A stretch of 64,000 nucleotides of DNA from the sequence record SRR31156797_2722. The stretch is one strand, 5' to 3'. Shown here in pieces: positions 29,262 through 40,918 of this stretch. Under the pieces are notes generated by a model. That model saw nothing but the letters and a program-made list of their open reading frames with translations. It did no database searches and was not told where the DNA came from. Every line of letters begins with the position of its first letter. The stretch's first letter is position 1. Position numbers and translations under genes: made by a program.

Positions 29262-31190
29262 ATGGTACAGAAGATATACAAAAACGTATTCCTCGTTCTC
29301 TTATTACTCATGCTTATTTCAATAGTTTGTAAAGGAGAAGTAAAACTACCAAGACTTATTGCAAATGGAATGGTTTTACAACGTGATGTCCCTATTCAAA
29401 TTTGGGGATGGGCAGATCCTTTCGAGAAGATTAAAATTGAGTTCAATGAAAAATCTTTTAAAACAAAAGCGGACAAAAGTGGGAACTGGCAACTTGAACT
29501 TCCTGCGTTTCAATTTGGGGGTCCCTATTCTATGAAAATTAATGAAAAGATAGTTAAAGATATTTTGATCGGTGATGTTTGGTTATCATCCGGACAGTCA
29601 AATATGGAGCTTCCTTTAAGGCGAGTTACTGATTTATATGCAGATGAAATAAATAAAATTAACAATCCGCAAATTCGCTTATTCCGATCCTCAACACGAA
29701 AAGATATTAAAACACCACAAGTCGATTTCCCAGACGGTGAATGGAAGACTGTAACAAAAGAAAATGTTTTGGATTTTTCAGCAGTCTCCTATTTTTTTGC
29801 CGATGAACTGTACAGAAGATACCAAGTGCCAATTGGTATCATCAGTACAGCCATTGGCGGCTCTCCGGCTGAATCATGGATAAGCAGCGATGTAGCAAAA
29901 GGCTATTTAGAAGAGTGGGTAAAAAAGCAAACTGATGTAGATTCGATTAGACAAAAAATTAAAAATGAAGAACCTGAGAAATGGAACTACAACTGGTGGA
30001 AAGAAGTCAATTTAAATGACCCTGGAGCAGGAAAGTTCTCTCAAAAAAACGTTGATATAAGTCAATGGAAACACATCTCTGTTCCGGGATACTGGTCAGA
30101 TCAGGATGTTGAATTCAGAAATGGCTCTATATGGTTTTGTAAAGAATTTGAAGTACCTGATAGTTTGAGCAATAGAGAAGCTGTTTTACGCTTAGGTAGA
30201 ATAATTGATAGTGATTCTGCATTTATCAACGGAACATTTGTTGGAACCATTTCCTATCAATATCCTCCTCGTATTTATAAAGTACCCCAAGGAGTTTTAA
30301 AAACAGGCAAAAACCAATTGATGGTAAGAGTTTTTTGTCATGGAGGGAAGGGGGGATTTGTTCCTGAGAAACCATATGAAATTCGATTTAAATCTACTAA
30401 AATTGATATTACTGGCGACTGGAACTATCATATCGGAGCCTCACTAAAACCACCTTACATTCCGGGCAATTTATCCTTTATGCCAGGCGGCTTATTCAAT
30501 AGTTTAATCAGTCCTGCCTTAAATTATAAGTTGAAAGGAGTTATCTGGTTCCAAGGAGAATCCAATACAGGAAGAGGAAAAGCTTATGCTCCACTTTTTA
30601 AAAATTTAATTAATGATTGGAGAGAGCAGTTTGAGAATGAAAATCTACCATTCCTATTTGCTCAGTTAGCTAACCTTGGAGAACCTGGAAAACAGCCATC
30701 AGAAAGTGGATGGGCTGATGTAAGAGAATCGCAACGCAGAGCACTGGAATTACCATATACTGGTATGGCAGTAACATTTGATATTGGAGAATGGAACGAT
30801 ATACATCCTTTAAATAAAAAAAATGTAGGCAAACGCTTGGCTTTAGAAGCATTTAAAGTTGCTTATGGCAATGATTCTATAACAAGCTCGGGCCCTTTAT
30901 ATAAAGCCATGAGCATTAAAAGCAATAGTATCATTCTTACTTTTTCTTCAGTTGGAGAAGGTTTGTACACTAACAGTCAATTAAAAGGATTTCAAATTGC
31001 AGGAGAAGATGGTATATATAAATGGGCGAATGCCGTAGTTATAGCTAAAGATCAGGTAAAAGTATGGTGCAGAGCAGTTGGAGATCCTAAATCAGTTCGA
31101 TATGCATGGGAAGATAATCCGACTGAATCCAACTTAAAAAATAAAGAAGGATTACCTGCATCTCCATTTACTACAAAAATAGAATATTAA
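29262..31190 (+). CDS. Sialate O-acetylesterase-family SGNH esterase, probably a xylan acetylesterase
   Basis: GDVWLSSGQSNME, GVIWFQGESN, DIHPLNKK, with an inserted beta-sandwich domain. Confidence 0.9.
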   Translation: MVQKIYKNVFLVLLLLMLISIVCKGEVKLPRLIANGMVLQRDVPIQIWGWADPFEKIKIEFNEKSFKTKADKSGNWQLELPAFQFGGPYSMKINEKIVKDILIGDVWLSSGQSNMELPLRRVTDLYADEINKINNPQIRLFRSSTRKDIKTPQVDFPDGEWKTVTKENVLDFSAVSYFFADELYRRYQVPIGIISTAIGGSPAESWISSDVAKGYLEEWVKKQTDVDSIRQKIKNEEPEKWNYNWWKEVNLNDPGAGKFSQKNVDISQWKHISVPGYWSDQDVEFRNGSIWFCKEFEVPDSLSNREAVLRLGRIIDSDSAFINGTFVGTISYQYPPRIYKVPQGVLKTGKNQLMVRVFCHGGKGGFVPEKPYEIRFKSTKIDITGDWNYHIGASLKPPYIPGNLSFMPGGLFNSLISPALNYKLKGVIWFQGESNTGRGKAYAPLFKNLINDWREQFENENLPFLFAQLANLGEPGKQPSESGWADVRESQRRALELPYTGMAVTFDIGEWNDIHPLNKKNVGKRLALEAFKVAYGNDSITSSGPLYKAMSIKSNSIILTFSSVGEGLYTNSQLKGFQIAGEDGIYKWANAVVIAKDQVKVWCRAVGDPKSVRYAWEDNPTESNLKNKEGLPASPFTTKIEY

Positions 31191-31205
31191 TAATCCCCAA
31201 TAATA

Positions 31206-32666
31206 ATGAATTCAAATTCTCAAAAAATCTCAGTGGTTGAAAAAATAGGCTATAGTCTTGGAGACCTGGCAGCCAACCTTGTATTCCAAACTTTAATCAC
31301 CTATCTGGCTTATTTTTATACAGACATTTATGGTTTAAAAAACAACCATGCATCCTTAATCATGCTCTCTGTCGGTCTTATTGCCGCATTCCTATTCAAC
31401 CCAATTATAGGAGCCATAGCCGATAGAACACGCTCTAAATGGGGGAAATTTCGTCCATGGATTCTATATACATCCATACCGTTGGGCGTTATGGCTCTTC
31501 TTGCATTTACAACTCCTGATTTTGCTTATAAAGGAAAAGTAATTTACGCTGCATGTACATACACATTATTGTTAATGCTATATGCAGCCAATAATTTACC
31601 TTATTCAGCACTCAGCGGCGTAATAACTGGCGATATGGGTGAACGAAACAGTATTTCATCCTATCGTTTTGTAGCTGTTATGTTTGCGCAGTTTTTTGTC
31701 CAGGTTTTTATGTTGCCTATTATTGAATTTGCGGGTGGAGGTGATAAAGCGGCTGGCATTGAAACCGTAATGACCTGGCTGGCCATTATTGGAACTGTCA
31801 TGTTACTCATTACTTTTTTCACCACAAAAGAACGTATTGTACCATCTGTTGATCAAGAGTCCGACCTAAAAGATGACTTAAAGGATTTAATAAAAAACAG
31901 ACCCTGGGTTATTGTTCTATCTGTAACCATCCTAGTATTTGTAACACTTGCTCTAAAAGGAGGATCCTATGTTTATTATTTCAATAATTATGTAGACGAA
32001 GCTACACTTGCTATTGCAATTAATCCAATTGCAGAATTTCTTTCTTCAATAGGTATGAATTTTTTCGGTTCAGATCCTGCTTCGGCAGGTTTTGGATTAT
32101 TTAATGCCGGAGGTATCATTTTTATGATGTTAGGTATTGCTTTATCTAAAAAACTAGCTGATAAATTTGGTAAACGAGATGTATATTTATATGGTTTACT
32201 AATATCAACTTTATTTATACTAGTCTTTTACTTTTTCTCTCCTAAAAATATAACGCTCATGTTTGTGTCTCAGATCCTGCATGGCTTTTTTTATGGAATT
32301 ACAATTCCTCTTCTTTGGGCAATGATAGCAGATGTAGCTGATTATTCTGAATGGAAAAACAATCGACGAGCTACAGCAATTATCTTTTCGGCAATGATGG
32401 TTGGTTTAAAATCTGGTCTTTCTATTGGAGGGGCATTGGTTACCTGGATATTAGGACTTTATGGTTATATCAACAAAGACGCTGTTGCCATAGGACAAAA
32501 AATAATTCAACCGGAAACTGTAGCACAAGGAGCCAAAATGTTGATTAGTATTTACGCATCAATTCCCTTTATAATTGCAGTTGTCTTACTAACCTTTTAT
32601 GAAATTAACAAAAGTATGGAGGTGAAAATTGAACAGAGTTTAAAAGAAAGAAGAAACAATATATAA
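31206..32666 (+). CDS. GPH-family MFS xylo-oligosaccharide symporter
   Basis: EKIGYSLGD, ADRTRSKWGKFRPW, DVADYSEWKNNRR; directly upstream of GH10 and GH43. Confidence 0.92.
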   Translation: MNSNSQKISVVEKIGYSLGDLAANLVFQTLITYLAYFYTDIYGLKNNHASLIMLSVGLIAAFLFNPIIGAIADRTRSKWGKFRPWILYTSIPLGVMALLAFTTPDFAYKGKVIYAACTYTLLLMLYAANNLPYSALSGVITGDMGERNSISSYRFVAVMFAQFFVQVFMLPIIEFAGGGDKAAGIETVMTWLAIIGTVMLLITFFTTKERIVPSVDQESDLKDDLKDLIKNRPWVIVLSVTILVFVTLALKGGSYVYYFNNYVDEATLAIAINPIAEFLSSIGMNFFGSDPASAGFGLFNAGGIIFMMLGIALSKKLADKFGKRDVYLYGLLISTLFILVFYFFSPKNITLMFVSQILHGFFYGITIPLLWAMIADVADYSEWKNNRRATAIIFSAMMVGLKSGLSIGGALVTWILGLYGYINKDAVAIGQKIIQPETVAQGAKMLISIYASIPFIIAVVLLTFYEINKSMEVKIEQSLKERRNNI

Positions 32667-32687
32667 TTGTAAACTAAAACTTTCATT

Positions 32688-33818
32688 ATGAAGATAATAT
32701 CATTACAAAAAGGCCTCGTACTTTTATTAGTAGGTATAAATACATTAGCATGTAAAGCCCCATCAACTAACGATATAAGTTTAGCTGATGCTTTTGAAGG
32801 TAAATTTTATATTGGAACGGCATTAAGTGAAAAACAGCTATTAAATGATTCTCCGGATTTAAACGTTGTGAAGAAAAATTTCAACGCTATTGTTGCTGAG
32901 AACTGCATGAAAAGTGAAGAAATACAACCACTGGAAGGAGAATTTGACTTTTCTACTGCTGATAAATTTGTGGAGTTTGGGAAACAAAACAACATGTTTA
33001 TTACCGGACATACCTTAATTTGGCACTCACAAGCACCTGATTGGTTTTTTACCGATAGCCTTGGTAATGGTGTCTCCCGCGAAATTATGATTGATCGAAT
33101 GCGAAACCATATTCACACAGTTGTTGGTAGATATAAAGGAATTATAAAAGGATGGGATGTGGTGAATGAAGCAATATTGGATGATGGAACCTATCGCAAC
33201 AGTAAATTCTTCCAAATAATTGGAGAAGATTTTATAAAACTGGCATTCCAGTTTGCGCATGAAGCTGATCCTGATGCTGAACTATATTATAATGATTACT
33301 CCATGGCTGAATCAGGTAAACGAAAAGGGATTGTTAATATGGTTAAAAAACTTCAATCACAAGGAATCCGAATAGATGGTATTGGTATGCAATCTCATAT
33401 AGGTATGGATTTCCCAAAGGTTAGCGAATTTGAGGCAAGTATTAAAGCCTTCGAATCACTTGGGGTAAAACTTATGATCACAGAACTGGATTTAACCGTA
33501 ATTCCTACTCCTAAATGGAATGTAGGTGCAGAGGTTTCTGCTAGATTTGAATATAAGGAGCAACTAAATCCATATAAAGAAGAACTGCCGGATTCAGTGC
33601 GTTTGGTTTTCGAAAAACGTTACCTGGAGTTCTTTCGATTATTTTTAAAATATCAGCAGTGTATATCAAGAGTTACCTTGTGGGGTGTTAATGACAATCA
33701 AACCTGGAGAAATAATTGGCCTATTCCGGGCAGAACAGATTATCCTTTACTTTTTGATAGAAAAAACCAAGCCAAGCCGGTGGTCTATAAACTAATTGAA
33801 CTAGCAAAAGAGAACTAA
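32688..33818 (+). CDS. xynA: GH10 endo-1,4-beta-xylanase
   Basis: [42 protein letters not shown]. Confidence 0.96.
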   Translation: MKIISLQKGLVLLLVGINTLACKAPSTNDISLADAFEGKFYIGTALSEKQLLNDSPDLNVVKKNFNAIVAENCMKSEEIQPLEGEFDFSTADKFVEFGKQNNMFITGHTLIWHSQAPDWFFTDSLGNGVSREIMIDRMRNHIHTVVGRYKGIIKGWDVVNEAILDDGTYRNSKFFQIIGEDFIKLAFQFAHEADPDAELYYNDYSMAESGKRKGIVNMVKKLQSQGIRIDGIGMQSHIGMDFPKVSEFEASIKAFESLGVKLMITELDLTVIPTPKWNVGAEVSARFEYKEQLNPYKEELPDSVRLVFEKRYLEFFRLFLKYQQCISRVTLWGVNDNQTWRNNWPIPGRTDYPLLFDRKNQAKPVVYKLIELAKEN

Positions 33819-33838
33819 TCAAAAATAATTTCAATATA

Positions 33839-34807
33839 ATGTCAAAACCAAGATATTTAGTAGATCATTTATATACGGCCGACCCGGCTGTTCATGTCTT
33901 TAACGGTAAACTTTATATTTACCCATCGCACGATGTAGAATCTGGAATTCCTGAAAACGATAACGGTGACCATTTCGACATGCGCGATTATCACATCTTC
34001 TCCATGGAAGATATAGATGGAGAAGTAACAGATCATGGAATAGGTCTTGATGTAAAAGATATTCCATGGGCAGGCAGACAACTATGGGATTGTGACTGTG
34101 CATACAATGATGGTAAGTACTATTTGTATTTTCCCTTAAAAGATAAAAACGATATATTCAGAATTGGTGTTGCCATAAGTGATAAACCAGAAGGTCCATT
34201 TATTCCTCAGGAAGATCCAATAAAAGGAAGTTATTCAATTGATCCTTGCGTTTTTTGCGATGAAGATGGACAGCAATACATGTACTTTGGAGGCCTTTGG
34301 GGTGGACAATTACAACGGTACCGAGATAATAAAGCCATTGAGTGCGGACATGAACCAAAAGATGATGAAGATGCACTTCCCCCAAGAATAGTAAAACTGG
34401 ATGAATCAATGCTCTCTTTTGTAGAAGAACCCAAAGCAATTGTTATTCTTGATGAAAATGGTGAAACCATTAAAGCAGGAGATCATGACAGAAGGTTCTT
34501 TGAGGCTTCATGGGTGCACAAGTACAATGGTAAATACTATTTCTCTTATTCAACAGGAGATACACATAAATTATGTTATGCAACTGGTAGTTCACCTTAT
34601 GGCCCTTTTACATACCAGGGAGTAATTTTAACTCCTGTTGTTGGATGGACAACACACCATTGTATTACAGAATTTAAAAATAAATGGTACTTATTTTATC
34701 ATGATTGCGTGCCTTCTGAAGGAAAAACCTGGTTACGTAGTTTAAAAGTTACTGAACTAGAATATGATGATGCTGGAAAAATAAAAACAATTGATGGTTT
34801 AAAATAA
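33839..34807 (+). CDS. xynB: GH43_1 beta-xylosidase/arabinofuranosidase, cytoplasmic
   Basis: YTADP, YPSHD, SIDP, FGGLWGGQLQ, RRFFEA, GWTTHH; no signal peptide. Confidence 0.93.
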   Translation: MSKPRYLVDHLYTADPAVHVFNGKLYIYPSHDVESGIPENDNGDHFDMRDYHIFSMEDIDGEVTDHGIGLDVKDIPWAGRQLWDCDCAYNDGKYYLYFPLKDKNDIFRIGVAISDKPEGPFIPQEDPIKGSYSIDPCVFCDEDGQQYMYFGGLWGGQLQRYRDNKAIECGHEPKDDEDALPPRIVKLDESMLSFVEEPKAIVILDENGETIKAGDHDRRFFEASWVHKYNGKYYFSYSTGDTHKLCYATGSSPYGPFTYQGVILTPVVGWTTHHCITEFKNKWYLFYHDCVPSEGKTWLRSLKVTELEYDDAGKIKTIDGLK

Positions 34808-34827
34808 ACAAACTCCAAATTCCTATC

Positions 34828-34898
34828 GAGGTGTATTCTTAAATAGAGGTGAGTAAGGGCAGAACACAATTCTATTTGAGGTACACCTCTTTTTCTTG
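34828..34898 (+). terminator. Terminator-like long hairpin after GH43_1
   Basis: gaggtgta...aaataga pairs with tctattt...tacacctc, followed by tttttctt. Confidence 0.6.
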
Positions 34899-35098
34899 CT
34901 GTAAAAAATCAATAAATTATAAACAAAAGACATGATATTAATTTACAAGATGTTCAATTCCAAAACTTATTTTTCAGCAACACATCTTATTGTAATCATT
35001 ACATCTTTTATGATAATATATAAAGCCATAACAAGTACAATTATATAGAGCAAAAAGGACTTTTTACTTAAATCTTTAATTACGATATCAAAATAAAC

Positions 35099-37156
35099 TT
35101 AATTCTTCGGTAGCATATCTCTTTCCTCCAGTTCATTCAATTGATAAATAGGGCGTTCTACATCATAAGGGATTGGCATTTTACTAAATTGCTGAAAATA
35201 CAATAAACAAGCATCTTTCCAAACCTGAGCATTCATACATTGCTTTCGCAATTTACTCTGCACATGCAAGAATCTTTCAGAATCAATATATCTGGCCAGT
35301 TTATCCCATTCTATCTGGAAATTTCTTACCTGTTTTACGCCTAAATCATATTTATAGCTTAATTCTTCCCATAATGTACGACCACTTCTCATTTTGTTAT
35401 TCCAGGAAACATGATGAAACCATAATAAATACATTTCCGGGCAAGATAACGGATCATTAAAAAGAGTTTCTAATGGTTTGCTATATTGGCAAACACCCAT
35501 ACTACCTAATGTAGTCCTATTAAAACCTACTCCTAATGAATCTGCCTGATGATAATAAGGAGGAGTCCAATCTACTCGGGCTCCTTTAGGTGCCCACCAG
35601 GGTCCTGGTCCATAATGGTGATGGGCTGCAAAAATATGATGCAACCCTAATGGCATCATATAATTAACTGCTGCCTCATGGCTCTCTAACATAATGGTTT
35701 TAACTGGCTTTAGGAAATTATTTTTCCATTCAGCTTCAATCGAACTTCTAATTCCGCTGCTTTCTTCAAAGGTCTGTATTATCCATTCTTTAGCTATTTG
35801 TTCACTTGTTAAGGAATAATTCCAGGATAAACGTCCAAATGCATACCAATTAGCCTGTGCGAATAAATGTCCACACCAATTCTCATCTCTTCCTATATTA
35901 GCTACACCTGCAATTGCAGTATGTTTTTGGGGTAACAAACTTCCATCAGTACATCTGGCAACAGTACTATTTTCACCTTCCTGAAAAGTATCAAAATTGA
36001 GGAATTCTTCCCACATAGTTGCTAGGTATACCATGTGTACCGAATGTCCGAGATATTCTTGCGTGATTTGTAATTCCGGCATTACATTAGTCTTTTTCAT
36101 TGCTCCAAATAAAGGACTAAAAGGTTCCCTTGGCTGAAAATCAATAGGGCCATTCTTCACTTGTATAATCACATTATCCCTGAACTCACCATCGAAAGGC
36201 ATGAATTCTTCATACGCTTGCATTGCTCTATCTGAACCTGACGATTCATAAACAAAAGCACGCCACATAATCAACCCACCATAAGGTTTCACTACTTCTG
36301 CCAGCATATTTGCTCCATCAACATGAGTTCGTTCATAGTCTTGCGGACCAGGCTGCCCCTCACTATTCGCTTTTATTAAGAATCCTCCAAAATCCGGAAT
36401 CAATTGATAGATTTTATTTACTCTGTTTTCCCACCATTTTATAACATCAGAATTCAATGGGTCAGATGTTTTTAATTCACCCATCATTGATGGTGATGAA
36501 AACTTAACGGATAGGTAAACACTAATTCCATAAGGTCTAAAAACGTCAGCAATGATCTTTGTTCTATTTAAAATACTTGAGGATAACATAAGTGGTGATG
36601 CATTTACGTTATTTAGAACTACTCCATTTATTCCAATAGAAGCATTAGCACGAGCATATTCCTTCCACAACTTTTTATCTTCATTCGTAATTGTATTTAT
36701 GCTATTCTCATTATTCCAAAATATTGATTTACCCGCATATCCACGTTCAACACTTCCGTCTAAATTGTCCCAATGATTTAATAATCGGTGCTCATATGAA
36801 GGATTACAAAGCTCTTTATGAATTGAAGCACCGGTTCTTTGTTGCCTTAACAATTCATAAACCCCGTATAAAATACCCATATGAGTATTGGCTTGTATTT
36901 TATTTTCACTTATTATAAAACCATTGTTTTTTATTTCATTAGAATGCTTAACCTCCAAATAAACCTTTGCATCGGCCTTTCCCTGCCATCCTAGTTGCAA
37001 CTCTTGTTTTGCTATGTTTAAAGTAGCTGACTTTTTTGAACAGATTATATTTACTGGCTTAGGATTTAAAACATCAAGCCATAATGAATGCCCATTATTA
37101 GCAAATAATATTACCGAAGCAAGTAAAAAAGAAAGTGTAATAATTAATTTTTTCAT
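35099..37156 (-). CDS. aguA: GH67 alpha-glucuronidase (likely start MKKLII at 37156)
   Basis: LNHWDNLDGSVERGYAG, NNVNA, KANSEGQPGP, KNGPIDFQPREP, ELQITQEYLG. Confidence 0.94.
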   Translation of the reverse strand: MKKLIITLSFLLASVILFANNGHSLWLDVLNPKPVNIICSKKSATLNIAKQELQLGWQGKADAKVYLEVKHSNEIKNNGFIISENKIQANTHMGILYGVYELLRQQRTGASIHKELCNPSYEHRLLNHWDNLDGSVERGYAGKSIFWNNENSINTITNEDKKLWKEYARANASIGINGVVLNNVNASPLMLSSSILNRTKIIADVFRPYGISVYLSVKFSSPSMMGELKTSDPLNSDVIKWWENRVNKIYQLIPDFGGFLIKANSEGQPGPQDYERTHVDGANMLAEVVKPYGGLIMWRAFVYESSGSDRAMQAYEEFMPFDGEFRDNVIIQVKNGPIDFQPREPFSPLFGAMKKTNVMPELQITQEYLGHSVHMVYLATMWEEFLNFDTFQEGENSTVARCTDGSLLPQKHTAIAGVANIGRDENWCGHLFAQANWYAFGRLSWNYSLTSEQIAKEWIIQTFEESSGIRSSIEAEWKNNFLKPVKTIMLESHEAAVNYMMPLGLHHIFAAHHHYGPGPWWAPKGARVDWTPPYYHQADSLGVGFNRTTLGSMGVCQYSKPLETLFNDPLSCPEMYLLWFHHVSWNNKMRSGRTLWEELSYKYDLGVKQVRNFQIEWDKLARYIDSERFLHVQSKLRKQCMNAQVWKDACLLYFQQFSKMPIPYDVERPIYQLNELEERDMLPKN

Positions 37157-37213
37157 TGAACTTATTTTTATAATAAATCTAGCTAAGATAGCAATCGTCT
37201 GATGCGCCATTTA

Positions 37214-39709
37214 TCACTTTGCAATCAAAGTGTATCTACCATTCTCTTTTGTATCAAAATCATATAAAAAAGTTGCTGGTAGATCTATGCTTTTAAAACT
37301 AAGATTATAATTAATTATTGGGGATTTAATACTGATTTTATCAAAGAATGGATTAGGATTCACTCCTGTAGCTTTTATTAATTCGTTATCGCCCTCTAAT
37401 ACCATTGAATTAGGAACACGAATACGACAATTACCTCCTAAATTTGACTTAACTTCTATCTTATCAATTTTACTATCTTTCCACTTAAAACTTAATTCAA
37501 ATCCTCCATATGTCCGTAAACCTGAAATTTCACCTTTATCCCACTTATCTGGGAGTGCAGGCAAAACATGAATGGCTCCATCGTGACATTGCATAAGCAT
37601 TTCGGCAATACCCGCAGTACATCCATAATTTCCATCTATTTGGAAAGGAGGATGTGCATCAAAAAGATTTGGATAGGTTCCGCCTTCTTGTTTACCGTCA
37701 GGTTGAATAGATGGAGTTAATTGATCTGTAATCAATTTTAGAGCATGATCTCCATCTAGTAATCGAGCCCATAAGTTTACTTTCCATCCCATAGACCAAC
37801 CAGTTGATTCATCACCTCTGGCCTTTAGGGATGTTTTTACAGCCGAAAACAATTCTGGTGTTGAGTATGGTGATATCTGGTTGGATGGAAACATACCATA
37901 TAAATGAGAAACATGACGATGATGATCTTCCGGATTATCCCAGTCATACATCCACTCTTGTAATTGTCCCCATTTCCCTATTTGCATGGGAGCAAGCTTG
38001 CTTAACATTTTATTTACACCTACTATAAATTCATCATCAACATCCAAAATTTTTGCCGACTTAATAGTTTTTGTAAATAAATCAAATAGTAACTGGTTAT
38101 CCATTGTTGTTCCTGCGGAAATAGCTGCTCCATGATCTGAATATGGAGCATTCTCTGGTGAAACAGAAGGACAAACCACCATCCAATGATGATCCGGTTC
38201 TTCAACTAATATATCTAAATAAAATTGAGTTGCTTCTTTTAAAATCGGATACACAACTCCTAAGTATTCTTTATCTCCATTATATTGATATTTTTCAAAT
38301 AAATGCTGCGAAAGCCAAGCGCCTCCCATCGGCCACATTCCCCAAAAAGCACCGTCAACAGGGCCATTGATACGCCAGATGTCGGTATTATGATGAAGTA
38401 CCCAACCACGAGAACCATACATATTCTTAGCCGTTTGCTTACCTGTAACTGAAAGTTCTTGCAACATTTTCACTAAAGGCTCATTCATTTCTGACAAATT
38501 AGTAAGCTCTGAAGGCCAATAGTTCATTTCTGTGTTAATATTTACAGTGTATTTACTATCCCATGGAGGAAGGAGCTGATTATTCCAAATGCCCTGAAGG
38601 TTGGCGGGCTGTTCACCCGGCCGTGATGAAGAGATCAATAGATAACGTCCAAACTGGAAATACAAAGCTACTAATTGAGGATCGTTACCTTTTGCAAATT
38701 CAGCAAGGCGCACATCAGTAGGATTATTAATAGAATCGGTTTCTCCCAAATCAAGACTTACCCTCTTAAAATATTTTTGGTAATCAATTATGTGATCATT
38801 TTTAATTTGATCGTAAGTTTTTTCTAAAGCAGACTGTAAATATGAAGTAGATTTTTCTTTTTCATCGCCGCTAATATCTTCATAATTCACAAAATTGGTA
38901 GCCATTGATATATATATAGTCGCAGTATCAGCTCCTGCAATGTTCAGCATTGAACTTGTGCTTGATACTCCTCCTCCACTATTAACTACTTTTACATTAG
39001 TTTGAAATTTAACCTCTCCTTTTACGCCTTCAAAATCACTTGAAATTCCTGTCATAATGAGTTCATCTCTTCCTTTCGTTTCAAAATTGTAATTTGAAGG
39101 ACGATCCATTGTTAACGAAAAGTTCAGCGACTTCTTTTTATCTGCCGAAACCTGAACAACAATAACCTGATCAGGGTATGATGCAAAAACTTCTGTTTTG
39201 TACTTTACACCTTTACTCTCAAACCTGTAAGATACAATAGCTGTATTTAAATTCAGTTCTCTGTGATAATCGGTATAATTATTATGCCCCTCAAAATTCA
39301 ACTTTAAATTACCTATTGTTTGATATGCAGAACCTTGCGATGTTTTTGAAATCATTTTATGATTCGCCAGATTCTGAGCTTCCTGATATTTCCCTTCAAA
39401 AACAAGTTTTCTTATCTCAGATAAAGCATCTTTCGATTCAGGGTTATCATTTCGATTAGGACTCCCAGCCCAAAATGTATTCTCATTTAATTGAATAATC
39501 TCATGGCATGGATCGCCATAAACCATTGCGCCCAAACGCCCATTGCCAACGGGTAGAGCTTCAACCCATTGTTTGGCAGGTTGATTATACCATAATTTTA
39601 AACTATCATTCTTATTTGAACATCCTATAAAAATGGAAATAATACACAAAAACAACATAACCTTACTGAGACACATCATTTTTGAAGTATTGTATGGAAA
39701 ACTATACAT
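37214..39709 (-). CDS. GH95 alpha-L-fucosidase/alpha-L-galactosidase (start may be 39679)
   Basis: ALPVGNGRLGAM, FGRYLLISSSR, NLQGIW, NINTEMNYW, HRHVSHL, HPPFQIDGN. Confidence 0.94.
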   Translation of the reverse strand: MYSFPYNTSKMMCLSKVMLFLCIISIFIGCSNKNDSLKLWYNQPAKQWVEALPVGNGRLGAMVYGDPCHEIIQLNENTFWAGSPNRNDNPESKDALSEIRKLVFEGKYQEAQNLANHKMISKTSQGSAYQTIGNLKLNFEGHNNYTDYHRELNLNTAIVSYRFESKGVKYKTEVFASYPDQVIVVQVSADKKKSLNFSLTMDRPSNYNFETKGRDELIMTGISSDFEGVKGEVKFQTNVKVVNSGGGVSSTSSMLNIAGADTATIYISMATNFVNYEDISGDEKEKSTSYLQSALEKTYDQIKNDHIIDYQKYFKRVSLDLGETDSINNPTDVRLAEFAKGNDPQLVALYFQFGRYLLISSSRPGEQPANLQGIWNNQLLPPWDSKYTVNINTEMNYWPSELTNLSEMNEPLVKMLQELSVTGKQTAKNMYGSRGWVLHHNTDIWRINGPVDGAFWGMWPMGGAWLSQHLFEKYQYNGDKEYLGVVYPILKEATQFYLDILVEEPDHHWMVVCPSVSPENAPYSDHGAAISAGTTMDNQLLFDLFTKTIKSAKILDVDDEFIVGVNKMLSKLAPMQIGKWGQLQEWMYDWDNPEDHHRHVSHLYGMFPSNQISPYSTPELFSAVKTSLKARGDESTGWSMGWKVNLWARLLDGDHALKLITDQLTPSIQPDGKQEGGTYPNLFDAHPPFQIDGNYGCTAGIAEMLMQCHDGAIHVLPALPDKWDKGEISGLRTYGGFELSFKWKDSKIDKIEVKSNLGGNCRIRVPNSMVLEGDNELIKATGVNPNPFFDKISIKSPIINYNLSFKSIDLPATFLYDFDTKENGRYTLIAK

Positions 39710-39737
39710 ACGTTGCTATTTATATTGAATTCTTAAG

Positions 39738-39766
39738 TGCCGCAAATTAAATTGTAATTTGCGGCA
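39738..39766. promoter_or_regulatory. Intergenic stem-loop
   Basis: tgccgcaaatta-aattg-taatttgcggca, a 12-bp perfect stem. Confidence 0.55.
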
Positions 39767-39851
39767 AAACATCTTAACTATTTATTACAATAATCGTTTT
39801 ATATTATTTATAGCCAAACTATTACATAATAAATAAAGTAGCAAAAAAACA

Positions 39852-40763
39852 TTACTCTTTTATAATTTTTTGTACATGCTTTCTTCCTTCACACATAATA
39901 GCAATGATGTAAATCCCTGCATCAAGAGAACTTAAGTTTAATGATTTAGTTCCTTTCAATAAATCTCCATGCATAACAACGGTTCCTGATAAAGAAATTA
40001 TCTCAAACGTAGCACCCAATTCCTGTTCTGTTTTAATAGTAAAATTATCTTTAATTGGATTAGGATAAACTAGAACATCACCAATTTCTTTTACCGAGTA
40101 TTCGTCAGCTAAAGCCGTACTTGTCCCTGTACCTAAAATAGTAATATCGTCGAGCATTATATCATTATCGTCTGTTGAAGTAAATCTTACAGATAAACTT
40201 TCTCCCGTACCCGATATTGAAATCTCTTCCCACTCCCAGGTGTTAATTTCCAACGGATTTGAAATTACAGTAGCATCCAGATCAATCCAGTCCCCACCAT
40301 CAATGCTATATTCAACACCTAAACCTCGTACATTTACATCGCCAACCCAACTAGCATTTCTTTTTGCAAAACCAAAGCCAATTACCAAATCTGTATATCC
40401 GCTTATATTAATATCAACAAAACTAATTTCGCTCCAGATCGCATCTGTATACCTTGTAGAAGGATGCAAACATATTGCTATGCTTTGCGATGCATTTTCA
40501 TAATCCTGAAGTTCAGTTTGGGCAAGGTAAGAGTTCAGTCTAACTGATTTTTGCTGTCCTCCTTCTATCTGACCATTTGTCGAAGTCCATGTAGTAACTT
40601 CATCCCAATAATAGTAATTATTCGATCCATTAGTATGTGAGCCATCTGTATCATACCCTGTATCGCCAAAAGTTTCTACAGTAATTACTTGTTGCCCCAA
40701 AGTAGGAATTGTAACAAAGCTTAATAATCCAAAGACAATTAAAAGTAAATGTTTCTTTTTCAT
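39852..40763 (-). CDS. T9SS-secreted hypothetical protein with one beta-sandwich-like domain (likely start 40763)
   Basis: Signal peptide; type A CTD motifs VYPNP, ISLSG, LDAGIYI and KIIK. Confidence 0.85.
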   Translation of the reverse strand: MKKKHLLLIVFGLLSFVTIPTLGQQVITVETFGDTGYDTDGSHTNGSNNYYYWDEVTTWTSTNGQIEGGQQKSVRLNSYLAQTELQDYENASQSIAICLHPSTRYTDAIWSEISFVDINISGYTDLVIGFGFAKRNASWVGDVNVRGLGVEYSIDGGDWIDLDATVISNPLEINTWEWEEISISGTGESLSVRFTSTDDNDIMLDDITILGTGTSTALADEYSVKEIGDVLVYPNPIKDNFTIKTEQELGATFEIISLSGTVVMHGDLLKGTKSLNLSSLDAGIYIIAIMCEGRKHVQKIIKE

Positions 40764-40828
40764 AGATAAAAATTTAGTTATTAGTAACACACTGAATTGT
40801 AAGTATCAAATTTTGATACCTTGAAACC

Positions 40829-40895
40829 CAAATTTACACCTTCACCAAATTATTTATTTTTAATACCAGACAATTTACTTTTAACTTTAGGTATA
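40829..40895 (-). promoter_or_regulatory. Promoter -7 box with an upstream cagacaat element
   Basis: TAAATTTG (40836-40829), 30-bp gap, cagacaat (40867-40874), weak second half-site taggtata (40888-40895). Confidence 0.5.
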
Positions 40896-40918
40896 TTTCT
40901 GTTCCTTTATCTCTTGCA

